Virus record (IMG/VR): IMGVR_UViG_3300032308_002092
Span: 87,208-151,207 of that record
From: a virus
Direction: 5' to 3' (one strand)
DNA: 64,000 bases
This document shows, one piece after another, positions 9,356 to 17,741 of this stretch. Positions within the stretch are counted from its first letter, which is position 1. The number at the start of each line of letters is the position of its first letter. The position numbers were made by a program, and so were the translations under genes. The notes beneath the pieces were generated by a model that saw only the letters and a list, made by a program, of their open reading frames with translations, made no database searches and was not told where the DNA came from.

Positions 9356-9718
9356 GTTAACCCCACTTTCGTTTGTTTGCTAAAACACAAAGTACACCAA
9401 AGAATAAAGATATTAAGAACTTGAAAAAAGCATACTCAAGATTGCCGTTAATCAAATCAAACCATCCAAATACCTGTAGGAAGATACTTACGATAAACAG
9501 CGCGATGGCTAAGTTCACTTGCCTCTCCTTACGATCAGGAGGATCGCGGTAATTATTTTCTTAAAAAAGTCAATCATCTTTCTCTCCTTCTTTTTCTGGG
9601 TGAAATTTATCGAGCACCTTAGCGAAGATCATCAGCAGCAGTACTGTTACTGCGAGCCCACCGATTATTGATATCGGTATCGCGACTCCAATAGCTATAA
9701 CGTAAAGCAATATACTCA

Positions 9719-9925
9719 TTAGCTAACTTCCTCGCTTTCCTCGTAGATGTACCAGTCATTGGGCTTAAGACTAGCTGTCTTCTGCTCATACTCGTGTTTG
9801 CCGTATGAATACGCGAAGGCTCTGCCGTTCCAAACTATGAACGGAGCTGGGTGATCTTTGTGTGAGATCTTAGCTCCCTTGAGGGCCTCAATCAATGCTT
9901 CTTCTAGAGTCATGATCAGCTCCAA
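9719..9925 (-). CDS. Hypothetical protein
   Basis: MTLEEALIEALKGAKI...NDWYIY, a common phage small-protein pattern. Confidence 0.55.
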   Translation of the reverse strand: MELIMTLEEALIEALKGAKISHKDHPAPFIVWNGRAFAYSYGKHEYEQKTASLKPNDWYIYEESEEVS

Positions 9926-10060
9926 TCGTTAGGGTCTTTGTTTTTGCCCTTGACTTCTTCGTAGAAGATAATACAAAGCAATCCCACCATGAAGATGCCA
10001 CCAAAGAAACCCGCTATAGAAATTGCAGCCATGAATCCTGTTAATGCTGAGTCCACGATA

Positions 10061-10411
10061 TTACTCTCCTAGTATTTGTTGCTCTATTTGTTGCGTCATA
10101 TATTTGTCTAACGTGAACTGAATAACATGGTTGTGAACATCTTTTACCTTTAGATAAACCGAATGAGGTGTTAGATCGCCTCTTGAATTCAGATAGCAGT
10201 TCGCTACTAGCTTAAAGGAATAAGGGGTTTTTGGATGTTTTATGGTCTTAGATACTGTGGTGTACGACTTACCTTTTCGCTTAGCACACTCTTTAACAGC
10301 ATAATGGTAGTGAGAGATAAGGGCGTCTAGGGTAAATTCGCTGCCTTCTACTGGACCCAGGCTTAGGTCTATGATTGTTCTATGCTCTCCAGTAACCGTA
10401 AATAAACACAT
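10061..10411 (-). CDS. Hypothetical protein
   Basis: ORF downstream of a CCGAAAC motif. Confidence 0.6.
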   Translation of the reverse strand: MCLFTVTGEHRTIIDLSLGPVEGSEFTLDALISHYHYAVKECAKRKGKSYTTVSKTIKHPKTPYSFKLVANCYLNSRGDLTPHSVYLKVKDVHNHVIQFTLDKYMTQQIEQQILGE

Positions 10412-10459
10412 GTTGCTAACCCCTACTCGTTATCGTTGAATAGTATTGGTTTCGGATAC

Positions 10460-10696
10460 TCACTTAAGGTCTTGTGTCTCTGAGTAGAGAAGGTGTGACA
10501 TAGAGTCCATCACCACAAGAGTACTCTGCTTGCCATACTTAGACACCATGTCTGCCTTGAGGGAGCGAAACTCAGCTCTACACTTCTCTCGCTCTGCGAC
10601 TTCTCTGAAGTATTGTCTACCCTCGGCGGCCTCGTAGTAAGAGAGATCAGCTATGGATACTATAAATTTTTTGATTAGCTCGCAATTGTAGTTCAT
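10460..10696 (-). CDS. Hypothetical protein
   Basis: ATG 10696 with SD GGAGG. Confidence 0.65.
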   Translation of the reverse strand: MNYNCELIKKFIVSIADLSYYEAAEGRQYFREVAEREKCRAEFRSLKADMVSKYGKQSTLVVMDSMSHLLYSETQDLK

Positions 10697-10725
10697 GCAA
10701 CCTCCAATAAGATATTGGATCGGGA

Positions 10726-10956
10726 TCACCTATCGGATGGGTTGCCGTGGCCGTTATCGCATAAGTCTTCTCCACAGCCAGCGCCACCGCCACACCCATC
10801 ACCATAACCGTTGCCATCGCCATAGCCATCACCACTAGGGCTGCAATTACTTAAACCACAGCCATAACCATCGCCGCTTTTCTTAATATAGTTGTCACCA
10901 TTGGGTCTACCGTAATGGTAACCGTAGCTAAAACCATCTATTTCTAGAGATTCCAC
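10726..10956 (-). CDS. Gly/Asp/Tyr-rich IDG..PSD family micro-protein 1
   Basis: SLEIDG start, GYG/GDG repeats, PSDR end. Confidence 0.75.
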   Translation of the reverse strand: MESLEIDGFSYGYHYGRPNGDNYIKKSGDGYGCGLSNCSPSGDGYGDGNGYGDGCGGGAGCGEDLCDNGHGNPSDR

Positions 10957-10962
10957 GATAGC

Positions 10963-11181
10963 TCACCAATCAGATGGGTAGTGATCGAACCGATCTTCGG
11001 TGCCACTACCGCAACCATCACCATACTCATCGCTATGTCCATCACCTCTGCCATAACCGTCGCCGTCAGCAGTGCCACCACTTAAACCCCAACCATCACC
11101 ATCGCTGTAAGTATGACTATCGCCGTTGGCCATGCCGTAACGATCGCCGTAACCAAAAGCATCTATTTTTAGAGATTTCAT
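10963..11181 (-). CDS. IDG..PSD family micro-protein 2
   Basis: SLKIDA start, GDG repeats, PSDW end. Confidence 0.75.
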   Translation of the reverse strand: MKSLKIDAFGYGDRYGMANGDSHTYSDGDGWGLSGGTADGDGYGRGDGHSDEYGDGCGSGTEDRFDHYPSDW

Positions 11182-11201
11182 GGTTTATTCTCAGTCTGAG
11201 A

Positions 11202-11537
11202 TTAAAGCCACTTATTCAAGTCAGCTTTCATCACAAAGATATCCTTACCGAAGATCGTACCAGCTTCGTTTAGCACAGTCTCAGCCTGAGGACCTTCGAC
11301 GCACAGCTGGCCGAGACCCTTGGTCGTACCCCATCGGTGGATGTTGTAGGCGTTGTCAAGCCTGATTCTCTCGCTGGAGAGGCGAGTAACGAAGCCGATG
11401 AATACCCAACCGCGATCCATGACTGCGATGACTAGATCGCCGTTCTCATAGTCAAGCTTAGGCTGAGGTGCGCCTCGCAAAGACTCCTCAACCTGACTGT
11501 TGATTACATAATTACCGAATAACTTACTCTTAGCCAT
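11202..11537 (-). CDS. Conserved phage protein, possible Sm/SH3-like beta-barrel
   Basis: VIAVMDRGWVFIG...LDNAYNIHRWGTTKGLGQL; SD AAGGAGG. Confidence 0.7.
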   Translation of the reverse strand: MAKSKLFGNYVINSQVEESLRGAPQPKLDYENGDLVIAVMDRGWVFIGFVTRLSSERIRLDNAYNIHRWGTTKGLGQLCVEGPQAETVLNEAGTIFGKDIFVMKADLNKWL

Positions 11538-11674
11538 AATAAACCTCCTTTGTTTCTGTCTATATTTATATCGGAAATGATACTCTGTGGACCGTTACAA
11601 TCCTCTTTCGCTGTTATACATCAGAAATACAATCGCAACAGTGAAACCAAGTATAAGTAGCGCAAATACACTCA

Positions 11675-11890
11675 TTAAGAAATCTCGCTTGCTTCTACGT
11701 ATTGGCTGAAGATTTCTGGGTATCTTTGTACGTAACCGTTGTCTTCTAGGAAGTAGTACAGAGCTACACCAGGTGGTACTTCGTCATCGAAGTTGCTCCG
11801 CCAAGCGTAGTCTTCGAAGTCACTCGTAGTTAATCCCGTGACCTTAACACACAGCTTATCTACTTTGTTCATGTAAGACTTGAAAGACAT
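11675..11890 (-). CDS. Hypothetical protein
   Basis: ORF downstream of a CCGAAAC motif. Confidence 0.65.
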   Translation of the reverse strand: MSFKSYMNKVDKLCVKVTGLTTSDFEDYAWRSNFDDEVPPGVALYYFLEDNGYVQRYPEIFSQYVEASEIS

Positions 11891-11948
11891 ACAAACCCCT
11901 TATTGAAGACACCCCATCGTTGGGATATATAATCTGGTTTCGGGATTC

Positions 11949-12143
11949 TCACCAGTCTGATAGATCATCGTAGCCATAACAGTCACCGTAGCTCTCTCCA
12001 TCACCATTTCCATAGCCGTATCCGCTACCACTACCGTCGTATTCTGTAATGATGATGATATTAGGGCCTTCAGAGCCGCTGTCGCCGTCACCGTTATAGT
12101 GGCCGTCACCACAACCCCAGCCATCTATTTCTAGCTTGTCCAT
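11949..12143 (-). CDS. IDG..PSD family micro-protein 3
   Basis: MDKLEIDG...LSDW. Confidence 0.75.
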   Translation of the reverse strand: MDKLEIDGWGCGDGHYNGDGDSGSEGPNIIIITEYDGSGSGYGYGNGDGESYGDCYGYDDLSDW

Positions 12144-12149
12144 TGCTCT

Positions 12150-12389
12150 TCACTTATCTGACGGGCCGTGATGGCCCTTGCCACTGCCATCTCCAACAAC
12201 GAGATCTTGCCCCAGACAATTTAGATCATAACCATAGCCATCGCCATTAGGGAGGCTGTCTCCGTAGCCACAGCCATACCTCTCTCCATCGTAGCCATAA
12301 CCATAGTTCCCATGGACACCACTGCCATCGCCGCAGAAGTAACCGTGAAAGCGTCCATAACCTAAGCCGTCTATGTCTAGCTTGTCCAT
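12150..12389 (-). CDS. IDG..PSD family micro-protein 4
   Basis: MDKLDIDG...PSDK. Confidence 0.75.
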   Translation of the reverse strand: MDKLDIDGLGYGRFHGYFCGDGSGVHGNYGYGYDGERYGCGYGDSLPNGDGYGYDLNCLGQDLVVGDGSGKGHHGPSDK

Positions 12390-12392
12390 GGT

Positions 12393-12689
12393 TTATGCTT
12401 TACGCTTCTTCTTTTGGCCGTCTTTGATGGCCTGAACCTCTGCTTGGTCAAGCGGGACACCGTGGCGGTACCAGCTATCACCCCACACCGCGCCGTCTTC
12501 CCAGTAGGTTATAGCAGGGCTACCCTCACGATGTAACCTACCTTGGCAATACCAATACTCGGTGTCTACCTTGCCGTCTTCGCTATAGTAGACAATGGCA
12601 GGGCCATCCACACGATGTGGAACACCCTCCTCCAGGTATCGCTCGGACTCTACCTTACCGTTTTCGTAGTGTTTCTTAACGCACTCCAT
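12393..12689 (-). CDS. MORN-variant (HRxDGPA) repeat protein
   Basis: YENGKV..HRVDGPAI, EDGKV..LHREGSPAI repeats. Confidence 0.8.
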   Translation of the reverse strand: MECVKKHYENGKVESERYLEEGVPHRVDGPAIVYYSEDGKVDTEYWYCQGRLHREGSPAITYWEDGAVWGDSWYRHGVPLDQAEVQAIKDGQKKKRKA

Positions 12690-12701
12690 AAATCTCCTTG
12701 A

Positions 12702-12941
12702 TTACCAATCTGAAGGCATGTCATGATCATCACCTGAACCCCAGCCGTTGCCGTGGTTGTAGGACGTATCACCATAGCCAACACCATCGCGATAAATTGG
12801 GTGATAGCCACGACCATGGAGATCACTGCCACCATTGCCCCAGCCATCCCCACTCGCCATGGAGTATTCACCTTCTCCCTCGCCGTTACCATCCCACCAA
12901 CAGTCTGGTGAGCCGTCGCCATCTATGTCTAGCTTTTCCAT
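12702..12941 (-). CDS. IDG..PSD family micro-protein 5
   Basis: MEKLDIDG...MPSDW. Confidence 0.75.
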   Translation of the reverse strand: MEKLDIDGDGSPDCWWDGNGEGEGEYSMASGDGWGNGGSDLHGRGYHPIYRDGVGYGDTSYNHGNGWGSGDDHDMPSDW

Positions 12942-12948
12942 AAGTTAG

Positions 12949-13215
12949 TTACCAATCTGAGGGTTCTAAATCTTCCCCATCACCAGCACCATCTCCACCG
13001 GTGTCGCCACCAGAACCGTCGCAATAACCATCACCGCCGAGGGTGGTATAACCGCTGCCTCTTCCGTCGCCGGTTCCAGTGCCGCAGTCGCCGTCGCCAT
13101 AGCGATCGTCTGGTATAGAGGGGCTATAGCAACCTATACCGCCGTCCCCATTAGGGGACGTTCTGTCTACACCACAACCAAATCCATCCACAGCGAGCTT
13201 GCTTTCTAATATCAC
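12949..13215 (-). CDS. IDG..PSD family micro-protein 6
   Basis: KLAVDG...EPSDW. Confidence 0.75.
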   Translation of the reverse strand: MILESKLAVDGFGCGVDRTSPNGDGGIGCYSPSIPDDRYGDGDCGTGTGDGRGSGYTTLGGDGYCDGSGGDTGGDGAGDGEDLEPSDW

Positions 13216-13227
13216 TTAATATGTCCT

Positions 13228-13461
13228 CTACCAGTCAGAAGGGTCACCCTCAGGCTGTATCTCATGGAATTGGATGAATGTCATAGAATCGGATTTTGTG
13301 AGTTCGTGTTCGCCGTAGCCATAGCCGTCACCATTTGGTTTGGTTCTGCCTATGAAGCTATCTGGCGTTTTTACGCCCTCTCCAAAGCCGTCGCCATGTA
13401 TCCTACCGTATTGACCATAGCCGTAGCCAACTCCGTCTACGATCGTCTCGCCTATCTTCAT
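13228..13461 (-). CDS. IDG..PSD family micro-protein 7
   Basis: TIVDGVGYG...DPSDW. Confidence 0.75.
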   Translation of the reverse strand: MKIGETIVDGVGYGYGQYGRIHGDGFGEGVKTPDSFIGRTKPNGDGYGYGEHELTKSDSMTFIQFHEIQPEGDPSDW

Positions 13462-13927
13462 GGGTCCTCATATCCATTAAAGCTGCCCGCCAAGAAAAGC
13501 CGCCCGCCAAGAACGCTATTGAGCTTAACGTAGTTAAACTCTTCTTTTGAGGTTCGCTTAAGTGTTTCAAGCATAAATAGCTTCTTGGCTTCCTCTGATT
13601 CCATCACTTTGATACCATCTACCCAGATGCTGCATTCCGGACTACATATCTCTTCATACCCAGCCTTATATCCAGCAGCGGACACCTCTTCTAAAGTGAG
13701 AGGCTGGTCTTTGATGGCCTCATACATTTCTCGCACCTGTTCATACGACACTTCTGTTTTGCGATGAGGACCCCCAGTTTGTTGAGAGCCGTTCTCACTA
13801 CCTCCTTGACCATTATGGGAAACCATTAGGCCCATCACTATAAACGCCGCCGCCGCACCCATTACTTACCCTCCTCTTTCTTACACAACACCTATCTTCA
13901 TAGGTCCTCATATCCATTAAAGCTGCC
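13451..13927. repeat. 37-bp direct repeats (13451-13487, 13891-13927) flanking one gene
   Basis: CCTATCTTCAT[G/A]GGTCCTCATATCCATTAAAGCTGCC, 1 mismatch. Confidence 0.9.
13458..13862 (-). CDS. Hypothetical protein between direct repeats
   Basis: SD GAGGAGG; hydrophobic N-terminus. Confidence 0.6.
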   Translation of the reverse strand: MGAAAAFIVMGLMVSHNGQGGSENGSQQTGGPHRKTEVSYEQVREMYEAIKDQPLTLEEVSAAGYKAGYEEICSPECSIWVDGIKVMESEEAKKLFMLETLKRTSKEEFNYVKLNSVLGGRLFLAGSFNGYEDP

Positions 13928-14198
13928 ACCATTTACGTGGGGTGCGTGGGACACTTGCATGAGGATGCGGCTTTTCTATCTCAAGGTGCCGAATGGCTAC
14001 AACATCAAATAGCTCTATCCCATTCGTGTTGCGACCCTCTTTATCAACGTAAACACAGGAAGCAACCCCCGGAGCAAACAGCACCATTAAATAAAACGCC
14101 GGTGACCAATCAGCGCGTTCGTTGAATTCAACAAACGAACCCACTAGTCCGTTTCTAAGTGTGATCTCGTCCCAAGCCTTTAGTTTTGTAATATCCAT
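13917..14198 (-). CDS. Hypothetical protein
   Basis: SD AAGGAGG. Confidence 0.65.
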   Translation of the reverse strand: MDITKLKAWDEITLRNGLVGSFVEFNERADWSPAFYLMVLFAPGVASCVYVDKEGRNTNGIELFDVVAIRHLEIEKPHPHASVPRTPRKWWQL

Positions 14199-14238
14199 AA
14201 TGGCCTCCTTTTTATAGTAATTTTAATACACTAATCAT

Positions 14239-14548
14239 TCCCAAACTTCAATCTCACCAGTCAGCTCAACTACCTGAACCGGCTCACCTTAGGTATCTCA
14301 AATACAGAAACATCCTCGTCCCTTAGATTTTCAGTCTTGCCTATGGGAATTCTTATCTCATACAAAACCCCATCGCTACCTGTCACGCGAGTGTATCCAC
14401 GTTCTTTCAAGCTTGAGAGCTGCTCCCTCGTGAGGTCCTCAAAGATTTCTATGGGCACAGGTCCTTTGTCTGTCAAGAACCCTTCTTCAATTAACCGGTC
14501 AATTACTTTAGACATATTACAAACTACTCCCAAACTTCAATCTCACCA
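14239..14548. repeat. 21-bp direct repeats (14239-14259, 14528-14548) flanking one gene
   Basis: TCCCAAACTTCAATCTCACCA, exact. Confidence 0.85.
14270..14515 (-). CDS. Hypothetical protein
   Basis: ATG 14515 (MSKVID) with GGAG upstream. Confidence 0.55.
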   Translation of the reverse strand: MSKVIDRLIEEGFLTDKGPVPIEIFEDLTREQLSSLKERGYTRVTGSDGVLYEIRIPIGKTENLRDEDVSVFEIPKVSRFR

Positions 14549-14757
14549 CTCCGAAGGGGTCTCCCTTAGTATCCCTGTCTCTTGTACCTGCAAAATGGGC
14601 ACCGAACAACAGTCTAACATTACCTTGAGAACCGAAGTCCTCATCAAAGACTGGCAGGCTTCGTCCCATGCCTCACACTCCAACTACATACAGAACGAAG
14701 ATCCCTATCAGGATGGCAGCCCAAACCCCAATTAGTATCTCCATAGTCCCTATCCCC

Positions 14758-14952
14758 TTAAAGCAGGCTCAGTATGAAGCCTAGCACCACCAAGAACACC
14801 CAAAGCACCACAGAGTACAAAACAACAGTCAAGTACCATAGCCACAAAGCGGTCATCCCGACTATCTCTCTGAAGCCGGGGATAGACATCAAACCGCATA
14901 CTGCAGCTATAGCCAACACCAGTACGACCACCCTTGCCAGTAAGCGCCGCAT
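14758..14952 (-). CDS. Small membrane protein
   Basis: Two hydrophobic segments; SD GGAGG. Confidence 0.6.
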   Translation of the reverse strand: MRRLLARVVVLVLAIAAVCGLMSIPGFREIVGMTALWLWYLTVVLYSVVLWVFLVVLGFILSLL

Positions 14953-15023
14953 AACCCCTCCCCATATCGTGATTCATATACCTTCGGAATATAACTCAAG
15001 GGTCTGATGCCCACTTCCCACCC

Positions 15024-15233
15024 CTACTTAAACTTACAGCTCAAACCAGCTTTATTCAGGCCGTTATATCTATAGCAAATCACTTCGCTATTCTCTAGTC
15101 TGTACACACCAAAACCAACCGCCTTAGCTTCGCTAAAGCCATACTCACCGTCAACACCTCCATCAACGTTAGGCTCAGATACCCTAAAAGTACATCCGCT
15201 CAATACAATCAATCCAACCACTAGCACCTTCAT
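15024..15233 (-). CDS. Small lipoprotein
   Basis: MKVLVVGLIVLSGC lipobox; SD GGAGG. Confidence 0.7.
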   Translation of the reverse strand: MKVLVVGLIVLSGCTFRVSEPNVDGGVDGEYGFSEAKAVGFGVYRLENSEVICYRYNGLNKAGLSCKFK

Positions 15234-15289
15234 AAACCCCTCCCCACAATTACCCTACAACTATCCATTATCAATTCGGAATCCCATAC

Positions 15290-16250
15290 CTTACCTTCCC
15301 CAAACCCTGGGTGGAAGATATAGTAACCGCCGTAACTAACTTATAAACCCCTAAAATAACCTCTTATAACAACCTATACCCACCTATACCCAGTTATAAC
15401 TACCTACTAATCCCTATACCCTCAAATACCCTAATCCCCTACGTAACTACTACTATTAGATACACTTAAGTGCCAAAACCTACCGTAACTAACACGTACG
15501 TATCACCTTAACCCCATACCATTCCCAACCAACCACCTATACCAGTTAGTAGCACGAAAGGGATAGGGAGTGGACTGGTAGAGTTATAGTGATAATGATC
15601 CTCACCATTACTATAGGAAAGACATAAAAACTATAGTGATTTAACTAGCCTAGGGCGAGCCTATAGGCAGGTTGTTTCCGCCCACAACTATCCCTACTCT
15701 CGCAACAACATCTCTCACTTGTGGCCACGCCGCGGTAACCTATAGGGTTACAAATCACCACGGTTTTGCCCACCTATAGGTTTACAGGTCGGGTATCCTG
15801 CTCCCTCCTACCCTATCCCTACAGATACCTCCCGGGTGGTTTGCGTGTTGTCCTAGGGGTAAATCGGGTGTCGAGGAAATCATTAGGCTTTTTGGTAGTT
15901 GGGTTGGGAATGGTGCTTTCCCCTAGGGGTAAAATGAGATAGGTGGGTGGCTTTGTTGATATTGCTAGAGATTTTAGTTTCGGGATGATAGGAGTGAGAG
16001 AAGTCCTAGGGAGTTTTGCTCGTTTTAGGGCTTCGGGTGTGGGGCGTAGCAGTGTCAGGTGGTTTGGTGGGGTTGTTGGGCTACGGGGTGGGATAATGAT
16101 ATCAGTGAGTTACGGGTGTTTTGGTGGCGCGAGTTGGTGCGCTTAGGGCTGGGGGTTTATATACACTTTTATTTTGTGGTCTTGAGTTGTAGTTGGGAGA
16201 GTAGGATAAGTAGGGTGCGAATTCAAGTTGTTTGGGGGTGGCTATGATAA
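15290..16250. other. Mirror-symmetric non-coding region; candidate replication origin or terminus/packaging region
   Basis: C-rich left arm, G-rich right arm, iterated ACCTATACC and CCGTAACTAAC, central CCTATAGG/CCTAGG palindromes, 13-bp inverted repeat 15518-15530/15902-15914. Confidence 0.55.
16045..16058 (+). repeat. CGTAGCAGTGTCAG box, copy 2
   Basis: Exact 14-mer. Confidence 0.85.
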
Positions 16251-16263
16251 GCCCGTAGCCCAA

Positions 16264-16506
16264 TCAGACTATATACTCTTCGTCTAGTGGCTCATCGTAT
16301 AGGTGAGCTATGGAGTGCCATGGTCCTGGGACTGTGAAGAGGTCTAAGTTGCCAGAGCGTATAGCGTGAGCCTTAGCCATAGCTTCGTCCATGTCAGAGT
16401 GAGAGGAAACTACCCACGTCACTAGGTTGTGGACTTCGGAATCCACCTTCACGATAGTGTCGAAAGTAGAGTGGTCGTACATCACGAAGTACCTAATAGG
16501 TTGCAT
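16264..16506 (-). CDS. Hypothetical protein
   Basis: SD TAAGGAG. Confidence 0.6.
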   Translation of the reverse strand: MQPIRYFVMYDHSTFDTIVKVDSEVHNLVTWVVSSHSDMDEAMAKAHAIRSGNLDLFTVPGPWHSIAHLYDEPLDEEYIV

Positions 16507-16589
16507 AACATAGTCTCCTTACTTAATGGACAAGTTAATGAAGATGAGAGTCATTATCAACAAGAATATAGCCGCTGTGCCTGGATCCA

Positions 16590-16805
16590 TCACTCTGTCT
16601 CTTCCACGGTTATGGTGTAGGACTTGTCGTACTGGTCCTTCACTATGATGGTGCGCTTAGGTGACCTAAAGCTACCGTCTTCGTTTAAGTCCATCTTTAT
16701 CTCTACGTTCCTGAGCTTTATCTCAGTCGCCTTAGGTATGGCCGCAGTGATCACATGAGTGATATAGTCGCAGTATGCTAATCTCAACCCGCTTGACTTA
16801 AACAT
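16590..16805 (-). CDS. Hypothetical phage protein
   Basis: SD TAAGGAGG. Confidence 0.7.
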   Translation of the reverse strand: MFKSSGLRLAYCDYITHVITAAIPKATEIKLRNVEIKMDLNEDGSFRSPKRTIIVKDQYDKSYTITVEETE

Positions 16806-16843
16806 AGTCGTTCCTCCTTATATAGGGGATGGTATCGGAAACC

Positions 16844-16906
16844 GGACTCATCAGCATGGCTATCAGCCATGGACCTAGGATCTCGAGCGAGTCCTAGGTT
16901 TCGTCC
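16844..16906 (-). ncRNA. Type II hammerhead ribozyme HH3 (3' of gene 16919-17365)
   Basis: GGAC-GAAA-CCTAGGA(CTCGCTCGAGA)TCCTAGG-TC|CATGGC(TGATA)GCCATG-CTGATGA-GTCC; cleavage 16872/16871. Confidence 0.93.
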
Positions 16907-16918
16907 TCGGTTACGGAC

Positions 16919-17365
16919 TTATCCCACCAGGGATCTCAAGTGCTCGGGTAGTGCGGAGAGGTCCACAGTCTTGGCAGCAGACTTAGGCTGTGGGCGGTTA
17001 GCTTCAATGAACGCTTCGAGCTCAGCTGTAACTTCAGATCCCTTAGCGATCAGAGCCGCTTTGAGAGCTAGAGCTTGCTTGAACTCTGGGCTACCAGATC
17101 GGCTACCAGGGTTCTTGACTTCGTGCTTGACCCCACCGTTGAGGGCAGGTGACTTACGGAGCCAGTTGCTGAGCAGACCTGAAGCGTAGCTTCGCGCCTT
17201 AGCTTCGCTGTACTCCTTGCTCAAGCTGATCTCTCCGTTCATGAGTCCCGCTACGAGCATACCGATTGCTTCCTTGCGTTGCTCACTAGTTAGGGTGACT
17301 GCTTCCGCAGTTACTCCAACGATTGACTGTACGATCTCTACGACTGCCTTTGATTGTGACTTCAT
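16919..17365 (-). CDS. Ribozyme-flanked family protein, paralogue B
   Basis: ATG 17365 with SD TAAGGAG; NWLRKSPALNGGVKHEVKNPGSRSG..LPEHLRSLVG. Confidence 0.85.
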   Translation of the reverse strand: MKSQSKAVVEIVQSIVGVTAEAVTLTSEQRKEAIGMLVAGLMNGEISLSKEYSEAKARSYASGLLSNWLRKSPALNGGVKHEVKNPGSRSGSPEFKQALALKAALIAKGSEVTAELEAFIEANRPQPKSAAKTVDLSALPEHLRSLVG

Positions 17366-17383
17366 ATGTAACACTCCTTAATT

Positions 17384-17440
17384 AGACTCATCAGTGCCAG
17401 AACCTACTGGCAGATACCCTTGCTATCGGGTATTTCGTCT
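17384..17440 (-). ncRNA. Type II hammerhead ribozyme HH4 (5' of gene 16919-17365)
   Basis: AGAC-GAAA-TACCC(GATAGCAA)GGGTA-TC|TGCCAG(TAGGTT)CTGGCA-CTGATGA-GTCT; cleavage 17413/17412. Confidence 0.94.
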
Positions 17441-17444
17441 TAAG

Positions 17445-17594
17445 TTACCGACAGTAGTGATCGGCGTAGTTGCAGTAGAAGTCATAGACTTCGTCGTCAG
17501 TCCACGAGTCACAAGAGTAGTCTACGTCATCGTTTCCCGCTGCGATCATCTGAGCGAGGATGATGTTCACCGTAGTGCGAAGCGAACCTCTCAT
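17445..17594 (-). CDS. 49-aa hypothetical protein
   Basis: Not in track; MRGSLRTTVN...YADHYCR with SD AAGGAG. Confidence 0.5.
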   Translation of the reverse strand: MRGSLRTTVNIILAQMIAAGNDDVDYSCDSWTDDEVYDFYCNYADHYCR

Positions 17595-17704
17595 ATGAAG
17601 CACTCCTTGGTTAATCAACCTTGGTTGGTTGATAGTTATATATGGTATCGGGAAACTGGGGCTGCATCGGATCGTGGGGCCGAGGTGTGGGTTCGGGTGC
17701 TGGG

Positions 17705-17718
17705 CGTAGCAGTGTCGG
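17705..17718 (+). repeat. CGTAGCAGTGTC box, copy 3
   Basis: CGTAGCAGTGTCGG. Confidence 0.8.
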
Positions 17719-17741
17719 GCTTCACGCAGACACCCTCGGTA

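Noticed and set aside
14545-14672. Possible eighth PSDW-family gene (GDP/SEW across a frameshift)
   Set aside because: Lacks the IDG start and Gly-rich core; too weak to call
15943-16247. Plus-strand ORFs in the G-rich arm
   Set aside because: Low-complexity Gly/Val/Trp translations arising from base skew
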